DNA of 64,000 nt, taken from assembly GCA_963706575.1 (NCBI GenBank), contig CAVPNL010000009.1:128001-192000 (forward strand), written 5' to 3'. Positions within the stretch are counted from its first letter, which is position 1. Every line of letters begins with the position of its first letter. The position numbers were made by a program, and so were the translations under genes. This document shows positions 20,037-29,879 of this stretch, in pieces. Source of the stretch: an uncultured delta proteobacterium. GTDB lineage: Bacteria > Desulfobacterota > Desulfobacteria > Desulfobacterales > JAHEIW01. Below the pieces are notes generated by a model. It was not told the origin of the DNA. It made no database searches and saw only the letters and a list, made by a program, of their open reading frames with translations.

Positions 20037-20120
20037 ACCACAAAGACACGAAGAACACAAAGAAGGACTCTATAAGAAATTTATTTAAATATCTTCGTGA
20101 ACTTTGTGCCTTTGTGGTAA
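20037..20120. repeat. Nonamer-periodic inverted-repeat element
   Basis: accacaaagacacgaagaacacaaag ... cttcgtgaactttgtgcctttgtggt. Confidence 0.75.
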
Positions 20121-20159
20121 TAATCGTTTTTCTATTATTTATCTTCAATATTAGTTTAG

Positions 20160-22019
20160 GTGAGGATTAAACGCATGTACAAGCCCAAAGGCAAAATTCG
20201 CCGTTTTTTTGGTTTTTTTTGGAACGGTGTTTCCGTCTTACGCAGAATTGTCGGTAATTTGTTGTTTCTTTTGCTTATCATCTTTTTGATTGCGATTGTA
20301 TTTTTTGACAGCAGAGAAGATGTGCCCGATGGTGCGGCGCTGATTCTAGCGCCGGAAGGCAACATTGTCGAACAACTAACTGAAAGCATGCTTGCCAGTG
20401 ATCTATTTGGCGATGCTGCCAGAGAAGAGACGCTTTTAAAAGATGTTATCGATGTTATCGATTTTGCCAAAGACGACGAGCGCATCGAAGTGCTGGTTCT
20501 TGACCTCAGGAAAATGAGAAAAGCCGGTATAAGCAAACTTCAGTCTATCGGCACGGCTCTTGAGCGCTTTAGCAGCAGCGGCAAGCAAATTTTTGCATTT
20601 GGCGATTATTTCAATCAGCAGCAATACTATCTGGCGGCTCATGCCGACAGGCTGTATTTGAACCCCATGGGTGTGATCATGCTGCATGGCTTCGGTCTTT
20701 ATCGTAAATATTACAAAACGGCTTTGGAGAAACTACAGATCCAGTTTCATGTTTTTAAAGTCGGTACCTATAAATCAGCCCTCGAACCTTTTTTACGAGA
20801 CAGCATGTCCGATTATGCTAAAGAGGCCAACATCGCCTGGCTCACCGTTCTATGGGATTTTTACAAAGTCGATGTGGCTTCAAAGCGGGGATTTCGTCCG
20901 CAAGATCTGGATGATTTTATTAATAACATTCCAGGTCATCTGGCAAAAGCCGAAGGAGATGCCGCCTTGATGGCCCTAAATCTGGGTCTGGTTGATGAAC
21001 TCAAAACCCGTGATGAGGTCCGCCAGGAACTGATCGAGCACCTTGGCCCGGATAAAGACGGCCTGACCTTTAAACAGATTGCCTTCGATCAGTATCTAAA
21101 CCACATTCGTCCGGATCTGATAAAAAGTCATCCCACCAGAGACAAAGTCGGCATCATTGTTGCCAGCGGCATTATTATGGATGGAGAGCAACCGTCTGGC
21201 AGAATCGGCGGTGACACCATGGCGGATCTGCTGGTCCGGGCGCGGGAAGATGAAAAGGTAAAGGCGGTGGTGGTTCGGATCGATAGCGGCGGCGGCAGTG
21301 CAACTGCCTCTGAGGTCATTAGCCGCGAGATCGAACTGACCCGCCAGGCCGGCAAACCGGTTTTCGTATCCATGGGATCCATTGCCGCATCCGGCGGGTA
21401 CTGGATTGCTGCGCCGGCAGATCAAATCTGGGCGACACCCACAACGATTACCGGCTCGATCGGGATTTTCGGAGCCTTCCCAACTTTCGAAAGGAGCCTG
21501 AAATCTTTAGGCATCACCAGTGATGGTGTCGGTACCACCAAACTTTCAGATGCTTTTGATCCCAGCCGGCCGCTAAATGACCTGGTGGCCCAATCAATGA
21601 ATCAGGTGATTGAGCAGGGCTATCGGCGTTTTGTCCGGCGGGTCGCTGAAGGCCGCAATATGCAGCCGGAGGCGGTTGAAAAAATCGCCCAGGGCCGCGT
21701 TTGGGCCGGAATTTCGGCTAAAGATCTGGGGTTGGTCGATAAAATCGGCAGCTTGCAGGATGCGGTTAATGCGATCGCTGAAACGGCGGATTTAACCGAT
21801 TATGAAATCACTTACATCGCGCAACCCTTAACCACCCGGGAGCTGCTGATTAAACGGTTCAATCGATTGCTTGCCGGCATCTTAGCCGCCCTGAGTCCCA
21901 CCGATCATCCGGCAAAAAAAATATATGACGCGGTTATCGATACTGAAATCGACCATGTTTTGCGAGCCGATGATCCGGTCGGATCGTATGCCTACTGTCT
22001 CAACTGCAATATCCAATAA
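20160..22019 (+). CDS. sppA: Signal peptide peptidase SppA, 67K type
   Basis: N-terminal TM, YYLAAHAD, VGTYKSALEPF, KAVVVRIDSGGG, AASGGYWIA, TGSIGIFG, AQGRVW. Start may be ATG at 20175. Confidence 0.95.
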   Translation: MRIKRMYKPKGKIRRFFGFFWNGVSVLRRIVGNLLFLLLIIFLIAIVFFDSREDVPDGAALILAPEGNIVEQLTESMLASDLFGDAAREETLLKDVIDVIDFAKDDERIEVLVLDLRKMRKAGISKLQSIGTALERFSSSGKQIFAFGDYFNQQQYYLAAHADRLYLNPMGVIMLHGFGLYRKYYKTALEKLQIQFHVFKVGTYKSALEPFLRDSMSDYAKEANIAWLTVLWDFYKVDVASKRGFRPQDLDDFINNIPGHLAKAEGDAALMALNLGLVDELKTRDEVRQELIEHLGPDKDGLTFKQIAFDQYLNHIRPDLIKSHPTRDKVGIIVASGIIMDGEQPSGRIGGDTMADLLVRAREDEKVKAVVVRIDSGGGSATASEVISREIELTRQAGKPVFVSMGSIAASGGYWIAAPADQIWATPTTITGSIGIFGAFPTFERSLKSLGITSDGVGTTKLSDAFDPSRPLNDLVAQSMNQVIEQGYRRFVRRVAEGRNMQPEAVEKIAQGRVWAGISAKDLGLVDKIGSLQDAVNAIAETADLTDYEITYIAQPLTTRELLIKRFNRLLAGILAALSPTDHPAKKIYDAVIDTEIDHVLRADDPVGSYAYCLNCNIQ

Positions 22020-22094
22020 GGTCAGACCCGGTCTGATGGGTTTATCCTGCCGGAAATTTCAATTAATTCAAGGGTCGGGGAATATTTCGCTGCA

Positions 22095-22145
22095 AAAAAG
22101 AAAAGGCGATTCAGGATTGTCCCTAGTCCCTAAACCGCCTTTGGT
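22095..22145. terminator. Terminator-like hairpin between convergent sppA and flgM
   Basis: aaaaggcgattcagg ... ccctaaaccgcctttt. Confidence 0.55.
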
Positions 22146-22184
22146 TATCAATTCTCAATGTGCCGATTTGGCAAGGTTATTTGG

Positions 22185-22490
22185 CTAAATTAAATCATTC
22201 AACAGCGCATCTTTAATTATTTTCCCGGCTGTTTTTTCTTCATCCATTTTATAGGTTTTGTTTTCTATCTGTTCTTTGAGCTGGGCGACTTTGTCCTCCC
22301 TGACATCAGGTATCGTTTCCAACTGTTTCTGCGCCTCCTGGACTTTTTTAGCCATATCTGAAAGCACAACCGTATCTGCCTTGGTTTGCTGCTTTTCCGG
22401 CTGCTCAGAGGTGGCGTCAACTTTATCTTTATCCTGAACCTGATTCACATAGGCTTCAATATTAACTGAGTCTTTTGGGGTAATTTCCAT
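22185..22490 (-). CDS. flgM: Flagellar anti-sigma-28 factor FlgM
   Basis: DTVVLS, PDVREDKVAQLKEQIENKTY, about 100 aa, sigma-28 promoter upstream. Confidence 0.88.
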   Translation of the reverse strand: MEITPKDSVNIEAYVNQVQDKDKVDATSEQPEKQQTKADTVVLSDMAKKVQEAQKQLETIPDVREDKVAQLKEQIENKTYKMDEEKTAGKIIKDALLNDLI

Positions 22491-22612
22491 TTTTCAGCAA
22501 GCTCCTCTAAATTTTCCTGTTTGACAGGCGTTTTAATCGCTCAACAGTCATTATTTACAATAATTCTAATCCACTGGCTTCTGCGTGTCAAATTAATTAC
22601 GATTTAATTATA

Positions 22613-22639
22613 TTATCGGTAAAAACTTTACATACTTTA
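22613..22639 (-). promoter_or_regulatory. Sigma-28 (FliA) promoter of flgM
   Basis: Minus strand TAAA-N15-ACCGATAA versus consensus TAAA-N15-GCCGATAA. Confidence 0.8.
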
Positions 22640-22898
22640 GTCTTTTTTTGCGAATTTCACTATTTGTTCTCATTTCGAGAAAAATCTCAACATATTAATA
22701 AAACTATAAATAATGAAATAAGTATGGATCTGCTTTGCAAAAGACCAAATTTCAGTCAAATGCCATCCCTGAATACAATCCAATAACATGCCATTATCAT
22801 GCCAAACAGAAAGCTTTCTATAAATTCCATCACCCGAACACCTTTTGCTTTACAGACGATGAAGCAGTCCTATTTTATAGATAGTTGCGAAAATTACC

Positions 22899-23042
22899 AG
22901 AACCCATCTCAAAAATGTCTTTTGGCCCCATATCTTTGTTGGTGCCTCGTTTTTAATCCTCGACATACAACAGTATGCCTGCGGTTTAAAACTCGGCCCC
23001 GCCGCGATCTTGAACCAAAATCCTATTTTTGAGATGGGTTCT
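22899..23042. mobile_element. 144-bp MITE with perfect 18-bp terminal inverted repeats
   Basis: agaacccatctcaaaaat ... atttttgagatgggttct; internal catacaacagtatg hairpin. No credible ORF. Confidence 0.85.
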
Positions 23043-23159
23043 AATTGAGCTCCGGCAGGGGCGCCGAAACAAAAATTGAGGTTTTTCAGCTGGATTTATT
23101 GACATCCTACGTTGTGGTATTAATATTTAAGCTTAAAGATATCTATTTTCATACTTGGA

Positions 23160-23648
23160 ATGAAGCGAAAAATGGCAATTGAGAGAAGAATAAACCCACG
23201 TTATTGTATCCGGGACAACGCTTTTACGGTTTTTGGGTCTGAACCCGTTAAATTGGCTCCCATCATCGATGTCAGTCTGGGTGGCCTGGGGATCGGGGTC
23301 AATGGTATCAAAATAGGCGCTGATTGGTTAAACGGCATTTCAAAATTAGAGATCCTAATCGATGATGGTTGTTTCTATATGGACAAATTGCCTTATCAGC
23401 TCCTTCCACAATACCGAAGCTTTTCTGGAAACGCCTTCGGATCATTTCAAAATATCTATGGTATCCAATTTGTAGATTTGATGCCCAGTCAGCAAAGCCA
23501 GCTGAAATATTTTATCCGCAACCACACCAGGGGAGGAATGACGCCGAAATTTATTCGGAAGTTCAATCAGCATTTCCATCAAATTATTGGCAAAAGAGAT
23601 TTTGCGAGTTCCTGTCAGACCGCCTGGCTTCAACGGCCTTCTCTGTGA
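23160..23648 (+). CDS. PilZ-like domain protein
   Basis: ERRINPRY (RxxxR), IIDVSLGGLG (DxSxxG), YGIQF. Confidence 0.75.
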   Translation: MKRKMAIERRINPRYCIRDNAFTVFGSEPVKLAPIIDVSLGGLGIGVNGIKIGADWLNGISKLEILIDDGCFYMDKLPYQLLPQYRSFSGNAFGSFQNIYGIQFVDLMPSQQSQLKYFIRNHTRGGMTPKFIRKFNQHFHQIIGKRDFASSCQTAWLQRPSL

Positions 23649-23862
23649 TCGAACCTCTTCACCGTTATCTTTCACCATCCTTGTATTGCCGCTGTTTTCG
23701 ATTTGATCTCTGTCCTGCCAATGGTCGCCTGGGCGAAATTTGTGATACTTGATGCCACCGACTGCCCATCGCCAAGTTCTTTACTTTTCACCCGATTTAT
23801 TGGTAATAAAAATGAATAGGTTATCCGGAACTCACAAATTTTCGTAAATAAAAATAAGTGCC

Positions 23863-24165
23863 ATGGAAATGTTCACCCGTTGTCTGATCGGTTTTATCAT
23901 CGGGATATCGATTTTTTTTAGCTCGCCCGGCAGGGCCGATGAGCAAAATAAAGGAATTAGCGAAAACGGTTGTGCCCGTCTGCAGAACGCGGAGATTGTT
24001 TGGGATTTAAGCAAATACCGCTGGATGTGCTGTATCATTAAAAATGAAGATGAGTATGAAAACTGCATGCCGATCACGGACATGCAGCCGCTGCCCAAAA
24101 CCAGCCTCAAACCCTTCCCTCCTGAAGGAACGAAAACCATCGAGAAGAGTCCCCAGAAACCATAA
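23863..24165 (+). CDS. Small secreted Cys-containing hypothetical protein
   Basis: Signal-peptide-like N-terminus, four Cys in the mature region, Pro/Lys-rich tail. Confidence 0.6.
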   Translation: MEMFTRCLIGFIIGISIFFSSPGRADEQNKGISENGCARLQNAEIVWDLSKYRWMCCIIKNEDEYENCMPITDMQPLPKTSLKPFPPEGTKTIEKSPQKP

Positions 24166-24174
24166 ACATCGTCA

Positions 24175-24549
24175 TTATTTGATTTCAAACAGGTTACCAT
24201 CATTATCCTGAACAAACGTCAAGATCCTGTCCCCTTTGGGGACATGAATAACCTCAATTTCCAGATGGTGGCATTCATTCAAAAATGCATTCAGATCTTC
24301 AACCTCCAGACAGACATGCCCGATTTGTTTAAGACGGTTTGCGGATTGGCCGGTAATGAAAATCTCAAAATGAACCTGTTCGCCCCGGTAGTTGATCATC
24401 AGCAGTTCGGCGTCAACATTGAAAATAGCCATAGAAAGGGACCGTGCTAAGATTTTCGGTTCTACCTTTTCCAAACCGAGCAGATCTTTAAAAAATCGAT
24501 CTGAATTTTTTTCGGAACTGCAAACAAGCGCCACGTGTCGTAAAATCAT
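24175..24549 (-). CDS. VOC/glyoxalase family protein
   Basis: LRHVAL, FFKDLLG, GHVCLEV, FVQDNDGNLFEI. Confidence 0.85.
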   Translation of the reverse strand: MILRHVALVCSSEKNSDRFFKDLLGLEKVEPKILARSLSMAIFNVDAELLMINYRGEQVHFEIFITGQSANRLKQIGHVCLEVEDLNAFLNECHHLEIEVIHVPKGDRILTFVQDNDGNLFEIK

Positions 24550-24628
24550 TGACACCCCTCTTTGTGACTCCAACTATTTTTCCCTTTTCAAATTGCCAAA
24601 TCCGCAATCCGCATTCTAAAATCCAAAA

Positions 24629-25642
24629 TCAAAGATGGGGCTTAATAATGACTTTCAGGGATTCTTTGCTCGCCATTACCATCCGGAAACCTTCGGCGAT
24701 ATCTCGCAACGGAAGTCGCCGCGTAATCATGTCGTCTACCTTTATGGTTTCTGTTTCTATCAGGTTTATGGCGGCATCAATATCCGGAGGACCGCAATAA
24801 TAGGAAGTCATTATCTTCGTCTCCCGGGTCCAGAAATCATTTAGCGGTATGGTGATTTTTACATCGGGATGCGGTACCGCGAAAAAAACGATAACTCCGC
24901 CTTTATCCACGCACTGCCATGCCTGATCAACTGCAGCGATAGCTGAAGTGCACAGGATGACGACGTCGGCCGCTCCAATGTTTTCAGCGGCCAATCGTTC
25001 CGCAACATTTTCAGCAGCGACCATTGTCATATCCGCACCCATTTTTTCGGCAAATTCCAGCTTTTTTCGATTAATGTCCGTGGCAATCACCCGGCAATGT
25101 TTGGTTTTGGCCAGCTTCACATGCAGCAACCCGGACATGCCGCTTCCAATCACCATGACCGTCTGGTTACTACGCACGCCGGCTAGCTGCTGAGCTCTGA
25201 CAGCACATGCCAGTGGTTCGATAAAGGTACTTTGATCATATGTGACATTATCCGGCAGAAGATACGTTCCGTTTTCGACCAGAGATTCCGGAACCAGAAC
25301 ATACTCTGAAAAGCCGCCCGGCAATCTTTCTTTGACATTAGAACACACCGGAAAGTGGCCGCTTTTACAGTACGCACATTTCATACACGGCACCTTGGGG
25401 GCTACAAATACGCGATCTCCAGGCCGGTATTTCGTTACTGCTTTCCCGATTTCTATGACTTCGGCGCCAATTTCATGCCCCTGAACCAGGGGGGCTCTGG
25501 GCAGACGATACCATTCAACAATATCACTGCCACAGATGCCGCATGAGAGAACTTTGATCAGTATCTCTTTGTGACCGGGTTTGGGCTTGGGCACTTCTTC
25601 GATTCGAATATCTTCGTTGTTGTACCAGACGGAAACTTTCAT
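24629..25642 (-). CDS. Zinc-dependent (polyol/sorbitol-type) dehydrogenase
   Basis: CGICGSD, GHE, CxxCxxC...C structural Zn site, EPLAC, GSGMSG. Overlaps the lsrF stop. Confidence 0.9.
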   Translation of the reverse strand: MKVSVWYNNEDIRIEEVPKPKPGHKEILIKVLSCGICGSDIVEWYRLPRAPLVQGHEIGAEVIEIGKAVTKYRPGDRVFVAPKVPCMKCAYCKSGHFPVCSNVKERLPGGFSEYVLVPESLVENGTYLLPDNVTYDQSTFIEPLACAVRAQQLAGVRSNQTVMVIGSGMSGLLHVKLAKTKHCRVIATDINRKKLEFAEKMGADMTMVAAENVAERLAAENIGAADVVILCTSAIAAVDQAWQCVDKGGVIVFFAVPHPDVKITIPLNDFWTRETKIMTSYYCGPPDIDAAINLIETETIKVDDMITRRLPLRDIAEGFRMVMASKESLKVIIKPHL

Positions 25643-26520
25643 GATTGATTCTTTAGCGTTTGGTAAAGGTCCAAGGCCTTTTGCGGCGTCTCGTTATCGT
25701 GAACGACCGCTCGGACCGCCTGCAGCATTGCAATCGGAGAATCGGATTGAAAGATATTACGTCCCATATCCACACCGCTGGCTCCCTGCTGCACCGCGTT
25801 GTAAGCCATGGTCAGCGCATCTAGTTCCGGTATTTTCGTGCCGCCGGCCATTACAATGGGCACCGGGCAGGAGGCACACACGGTTTCAAAATCTTTTTCG
25901 ACATAGTAGGTTTTAACGTAATGGGCGCCCAGTTCTGCGCAAATCCGGGTTGCCAATCTGAAATAGCGCGCATCGCGAGCCATATCTTTGCCCACCGCCG
26001 TGACGGCAAGGGTCGGGATTCCATAGCGGGTGCCAATATCCACCATTTTTGTCATGTTGATAATCGATTGCCTTTCGTATTCACCGCCGATGAAAACCTG
26101 AACGGCCATGGCACATACATTCAGACGGATCGATTCTTCGATGTCCACGGCAATCTCTTCGTTGGAAAGCTCCTTGAGGATGCTGGTACCGCCCGACACG
26201 CGCAGAACAATGGGTTTTTGGGTGGAAGGCGGGACAATGCTTCGAAGGATACCCCGGGTGAGCATCAACGTGTCTGCATAGGGCACGATGGGAAGAATAT
26301 TGACATCGACCCTTTCGAGTCCTGTTGTGGGTCCCTGGAAATATCCGTGATCGATGGCCAGCATAACCGTGCGGCCGGATTGCGGGTTGAAGATTCTGGC
26401 CAGTCTGTTTTTCATGCCCCAGTCCAGAGCGTTGGAGCCTTTCAGGAAAAAGCCCTCTGTTTTCTGGGGTATATCGGTATGATATTGCTTTGCATCTTTC
26501 AGGTCGTCCATGTCTGGCAT
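25639..26520 (-). CDS. lsrF: LsrF-like thiolase/aldolase (3-hydroxy-5-phosphonooxypentane-2,4-dione thiolase family)
   Basis: [58 protein letters not shown]. Confidence 0.92.
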   Translation of the reverse strand: MPDMDDLKDAKQYHTDIPQKTEGFFLKGSNALDWGMKNRLARIFNPQSGRTVMLAIDHGYFQGPTTGLERVDVNILPIVPYADTLMLTRGILRSIVPPSTQKPIVLRVSGGTSILKELSNEEIAVDIEESIRLNVCAMAVQVFIGGEYERQSIINMTKMVDIGTRYGIPTLAVTAVGKDMARDARYFRLATRICAELGAHYVKTYYVEKDFETVCASCPVPIVMAGGTKIPELDALTMAYNAVQQGASGVDMGRNIFQSDSPIAMLQAVRAVVHDNETPQKALDLYQTLKNQS

Positions 26521-26536
26521 ATTTTCTTCTCCTTTC

Positions 26537-26560
26537 CAAACTGGTTTTAAAACCAGTTTG
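26537..26560. repeat. Perfect 24-bp palindrome abutting the lsrF RBS
   Basis: caaactggttttaaaaccagtttg. Confidence 0.8.
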
Positions 26561-26744
26561 TATATTATTTTTATAATGCATTATCGCAGGTTAGGTTTTA
26601 GGGTCAAGAAAAACCATTTATTGCTAAACAAGGTCTGTGGTATAAGTGCTATCAGCCAGATCCGGTTTTGGCGATGGTTCTATTTTAAAATTTGAAACGC
26701 TCAATTTAGGCTCTTATTAAAAATTTGCAAATTGGAGGAAATGG

Positions 26745-27398
26745 ATGGGTGAATGGGATCAGGAAAAAAATGATGTTTTGGTTTGTGCCAAATGGATGTC
26801 GGAGCATGGTTACTTTGGCGGTTATCGAGGCAGCGGCGGAAATATCTCGGTCAGGATCAAAAACCAGTCGATCCTTGCGGTAACCCCTTCCGGTCGATCT
26901 TACTGGAGTATGACCGCTGATGATATTTGCGTGGTAGATTTTGATTTAAAAATGCTTGAAGGTCAATTCGTGCCATCCAAAGAAGCAGCAATGCATATCG
27001 GCATCTACCAGAACCGTACCGATGTCAAGGCCATTGTTCATACGCATCAGACCTATGCCAGTATATTAGCGATAATTGACGAGTCGATACCCCCCTTGTT
27101 TGATGAAGAAACCAAGGAGTTCGGACCAATGGTTGAAACCATTCCATATGCGATTTCGGGTAGCGAAAATCTGGTTCAAAACGTCATTAAAAAACTAGAT
27201 AATAATTGTCATTGTTATATTCTTCAAAACCACGGCGCTCTCAATTTAGGCCGCGATATTGACCATGCATGGAAGAATACCGAGCTTTTAGAAAAAGTTT
27301 CAAAGATTTATTATGCTGCCCTGATTACCGGCAAAAAAATCGCCACTTTGCCCAAGGACACAGTTGATTATTTTAACAAAATGCGTGAGTCGAGTTAA
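26745..27398 (+). CDS. Class II aldolase/adducin family protein (FucA-like)
   Basis: GGNISVR, VTPSG, PSKE..MH, HTH, LQNHG. Confidence 0.9.
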   Translation: MGEWDQEKNDVLVCAKWMSEHGYFGGYRGSGGNISVRIKNQSILAVTPSGRSYWSMTADDICVVDFDLKMLEGQFVPSKEAAMHIGIYQNRTDVKAIVHTHQTYASILAIIDESIPPLFDEETKEFGPMVETIPYAISGSENLVQNVIKKLDNNCHCYILQNHGALNLGRDIDHAWKNTELLEKVSKIYYAALITGKKIATLPKDTVDYFNKMRESS

Positions 27399-27427
27399 CA
27401 GTCAGACAGGATTAATTTATTTTTTTT

Positions 27428-27533
27428 AACCATAGAGAACACAGAGCACACAGAGAAAAATAATTTATCTCATTTTATGCTGAATGCTTTCGGATAAAAT
27501 GTCTGTGCCTGTCTGTGTGGGTCTGTGGCGAAT
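27428..27533. repeat. Nonamer-type inverted-repeat element (hybrid arms)
   Basis: accatagagaacacagagcacacagag ... tctgtgcctgtctgtgtgggtctgtggcgaa. Confidence 0.65.
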
Positions 27534-27551
27534 TCATAGAAAAGTCAGGCG

Positions 27552-28403
27552 ATGCTGACCTCTGATGAAGAAACCTATATTTTAGATCAAGCCTATGTGC
27601 CGGAGCATTGCATTCGTCTGATGACCCATGTATCCGGAGGCGAACCGTTTTTAATCGATGATTTTTTTATTTGCCGTAAAGAAAAATGGATAATCCTGAT
27701 CGGCTACCCGCTGGAAGATAATTTCACCCCCGATCAGTTAGAAGCTGTTTTTGCCAAAGTTAAAAAAAGATTCCGCCCCGAGTCGGTCTCGCTGGTCGCA
27801 CCTCAAATGCCGCCTTCCCTGGCCGCGACCTGCCAGGAAGCCGAAAGCGATGCCTACTTCACCTTGGAAGCTCAAAAACCGGTTATCCGCAGCCCGGTAA
27901 AACGCAATCTAAGAAAGGCGCGCCAAAATTTACGGGTGGAATTTTCCTCCGGCATGCAGGACGTTCATCGGGAGCTGATGCATGAATTTGTTGGCCGGAC
28001 CCTGTTGTCTGAACGGGTTAAAAGACTGCTGTTTAAAATGCCGGAATTTACGGCCGGCTCTGATATGGCGCTTGTTTTAAATGCCTGGGATAAAGCAAAT
28101 AAGCTGGCCGCCTTTTATGTTATCGATCTTGAAGCCAAACAGTTTTCCAATTACATAATGGGTTGCCATTCCAAAAAAAACTATGTGCGCGGGGCCTCGG
28201 ATCTTTTATTATTTGAGCTGATAAATTTGAGCCTTGAATATGATAAACCCTATATTCATCTTGGGCTCGGGGTAAATGCCGGTATCCGCCGTTTTAAGGC
28301 AAAATGGGGCGCAGTGCCCACCCGCCGGTATGAAATGGGTGAACTGGTGCTAAAGAAGCCGTCCATTTTAGATACCTTTCGTGCTTTCGCAAAATCACGT
28401 TGA
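27552..28403 (+). CDS. GNAT-fold/FemAB-like hypothetical protein
   Basis: KRNLRKA, GASDLLLFELI, YIHLGLG, GIRRFKAKWG resemble the FemAB-type C-terminus. Confidence 0.65.
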   Translation: MLTSDEETYILDQAYVPEHCIRLMTHVSGGEPFLIDDFFICRKEKWIILIGYPLEDNFTPDQLEAVFAKVKKRFRPESVSLVAPQMPPSLAATCQEAESDAYFTLEAQKPVIRSPVKRNLRKARQNLRVEFSSGMQDVHRELMHEFVGRTLLSERVKRLLFKMPEFTAGSDMALVLNAWDKANKLAAFYVIDLEAKQFSNYIMGCHSKKNYVRGASDLLLFELINLSLEYDKPYIHLGLGVNAGIRRFKAKWGAVPTRRYEMGELVLKKPSILDTFRAFAKSR

Positions 28404-28430
28404 GACAGCTTCTGGTTTTAATGGAATCAA

Positions 28431-29270
28431 ATGTTTTCTATTGGATCAAAACAAAAAAAGCTAAAAATGATCTGGGAGGTGCAGAAAAACGGCAGAATTT
28501 CTCATCTTGTCGGCACCGCTCATTTTTTTCCGTATAGCTTTAAAAAATCCCTCCAGCGGTATCTGGAAAGCGCCCGCGTGGTGATGTTTGAAGGCCCTCT
28601 GGACGATGAAAACATGGCCCGGGTACGGGAGGCGGGAATCGACAAAGAAAATCCCTATCACATATTCAACGAGCTGGACGATAAAACCATTGCCAGCATC
28701 ACCGATGCCTTGGTCCCGGTTTGCCGGGCCAGGCATTCATCGTATCTGGTAACGTTCAGCAAATTTGACCTGAAAGATACCGTCTATGAAATGGTAAAGG
28801 ATATGAGGCCCTGGCTGGCATTTTTCACCCTGTGGTCCGATTACCTCAAACGCCTTGGCTGGAAGTACTCTGTTGATCTGGAGGGCTATCAGATTGCCGG
28901 GGAATTGGGAAAGAAAATCGTCTTTCTTGAAACCATTGAAGAGCAGATCGAAGTTCTGCAAAACATAGCGCATGATAACATTATCTTCTTCTTGAGCCAG
29001 GTTGATCGCTGGAAGGATTTTGCCCGGGAATATGTTGAATGCTATCTGGACGGCGATTTAGAGAAACTGAAATTTACCCGGGTGCGCTTTCCCACCCGGC
29101 ATCATTCGGTCATCAATAAACGTGATAAAATCTTTCATCAGCGGATGCGTGCTGAGCTTGAACAGGGACAGGTAGTGGCCTTCCTCGGGGCACCGCATCT
29201 GAGGGGAATGAGCTGCTTGCTCTTAGAAGATGGCTATCAGGTAAAGGGTCCTTGGCTGCCGCAGCAATGA
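28431..29270 (+). CDS. TraB/GumN (Tiki-like) family protein
   Basis: HLVGTAH, VMFE, LETIEEQ, FLGAPHL. Confidence 0.8.
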   Translation: MFSIGSKQKKLKMIWEVQKNGRISHLVGTAHFFPYSFKKSLQRYLESARVVMFEGPLDDENMARVREAGIDKENPYHIFNELDDKTIASITDALVPVCRARHSSYLVTFSKFDLKDTVYEMVKDMRPWLAFFTLWSDYLKRLGWKYSVDLEGYQIAGELGKKIVFLETIEEQIEVLQNIAHDNIIFFLSQVDRWKDFAREYVECYLDGDLEKLKFTRVRFPTRHHSVINKRDKIFHQRMRAELEQGQVVAFLGAPHLRGMSCLLLEDGYQVKGPWLPQQ

Positions 29271-29340
29271 CAGAATTCAGAAGACAGCCTGCGACGAGCT
29301 CAGCCGAGTCGAGGTCAGATGACAGAAGACAGAAGACAAC
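29270..29340. repeat. Heptamer tandem repeat with a 24-nt insert (29288-29311)
   Basis: gacagaattcagaagacag[cctgcgacgagctcagccgagtcg]aggtcagatgacagaagacagaagac. Confidence 0.75.
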
Positions 29341-29807
29341 CTTTTTCTACTCCTGCCAAAACATCCCAGACAAACGCTATGAATACGGCAGTCCGAATTC
29401 TGGCGAATCGCGATCATTCAAAATATGAATTAAAACAGAAGCTGCGGCAGCGGGGCTTTACCAACAAAGACATTGATGCGGTGATGGTGGAGTGTGAACG
29501 TTTCAATTATATCAATGACCGCAGAACCGCCCATGTATATATTTCACAGCTTAAACGAAAGTGTTTCGGCAAACGATATATCCAGCAGGCTTTAAAAAAG
29601 AAACGCTTGAGCGGTGCTGCAATCGAAAAGATCTTTTCGGAGAACTACCCCGGAGCTGATGAGTATGAACATGCCGGCCGGCTGTTGGAAAAGAAAATGA
29701 AAACCTTTGGGCGCGAAACGGATCCCAAAAAAAGAAGCGAAAAAATATATCGGTTCTTATACTCGCGGGGATTCAGCGCAGCGGTAATTCGCGCCTTGGT
29801 TAAATAG
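29319..29807 (+). CDS. recX: Regulatory protein RecX
   Basis: AVRILANRDHSKYELKQKL, YINDRR, G..YI.Q.L, RFLYSRGF. The first codons fall in a heptamer repeat; start may be 29379. Confidence 0.88.
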   Translation: MTEDRRQPFSTPAKTSQTNAMNTAVRILANRDHSKYELKQKLRQRGFTNKDIDAVMVECERFNYINDRRTAHVYISQLKRKCFGKRYIQQALKKKRLSGAAIEKIFSENYPGADEYEHAGRLLEKKMKTFGRETDPKKRSEKIYRFLYSRGFSAAVIRALVK

Positions 29808-29879
29808 TTAAATAGTCGATTCGTTAAATGGTTGGAATCCTCTGACCAATTGACGATTTGACCAATCAACCAACCAAGG

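Noticed and set aside
22799..23032. 77-aa ORF
   Set aside because: Runs largely through the 144-bp MITE, so it is most likely spurious.
23650..23830. Possible gene remnant on the minus strand
   Set aside because: Open frames exist but show no recognisable family motif.
25921..26581. 209-aa and 166-aa ORFs overlapping lsrF
   Set aside because: Antisense or alternative-frame shadows of a well-conserved gene.
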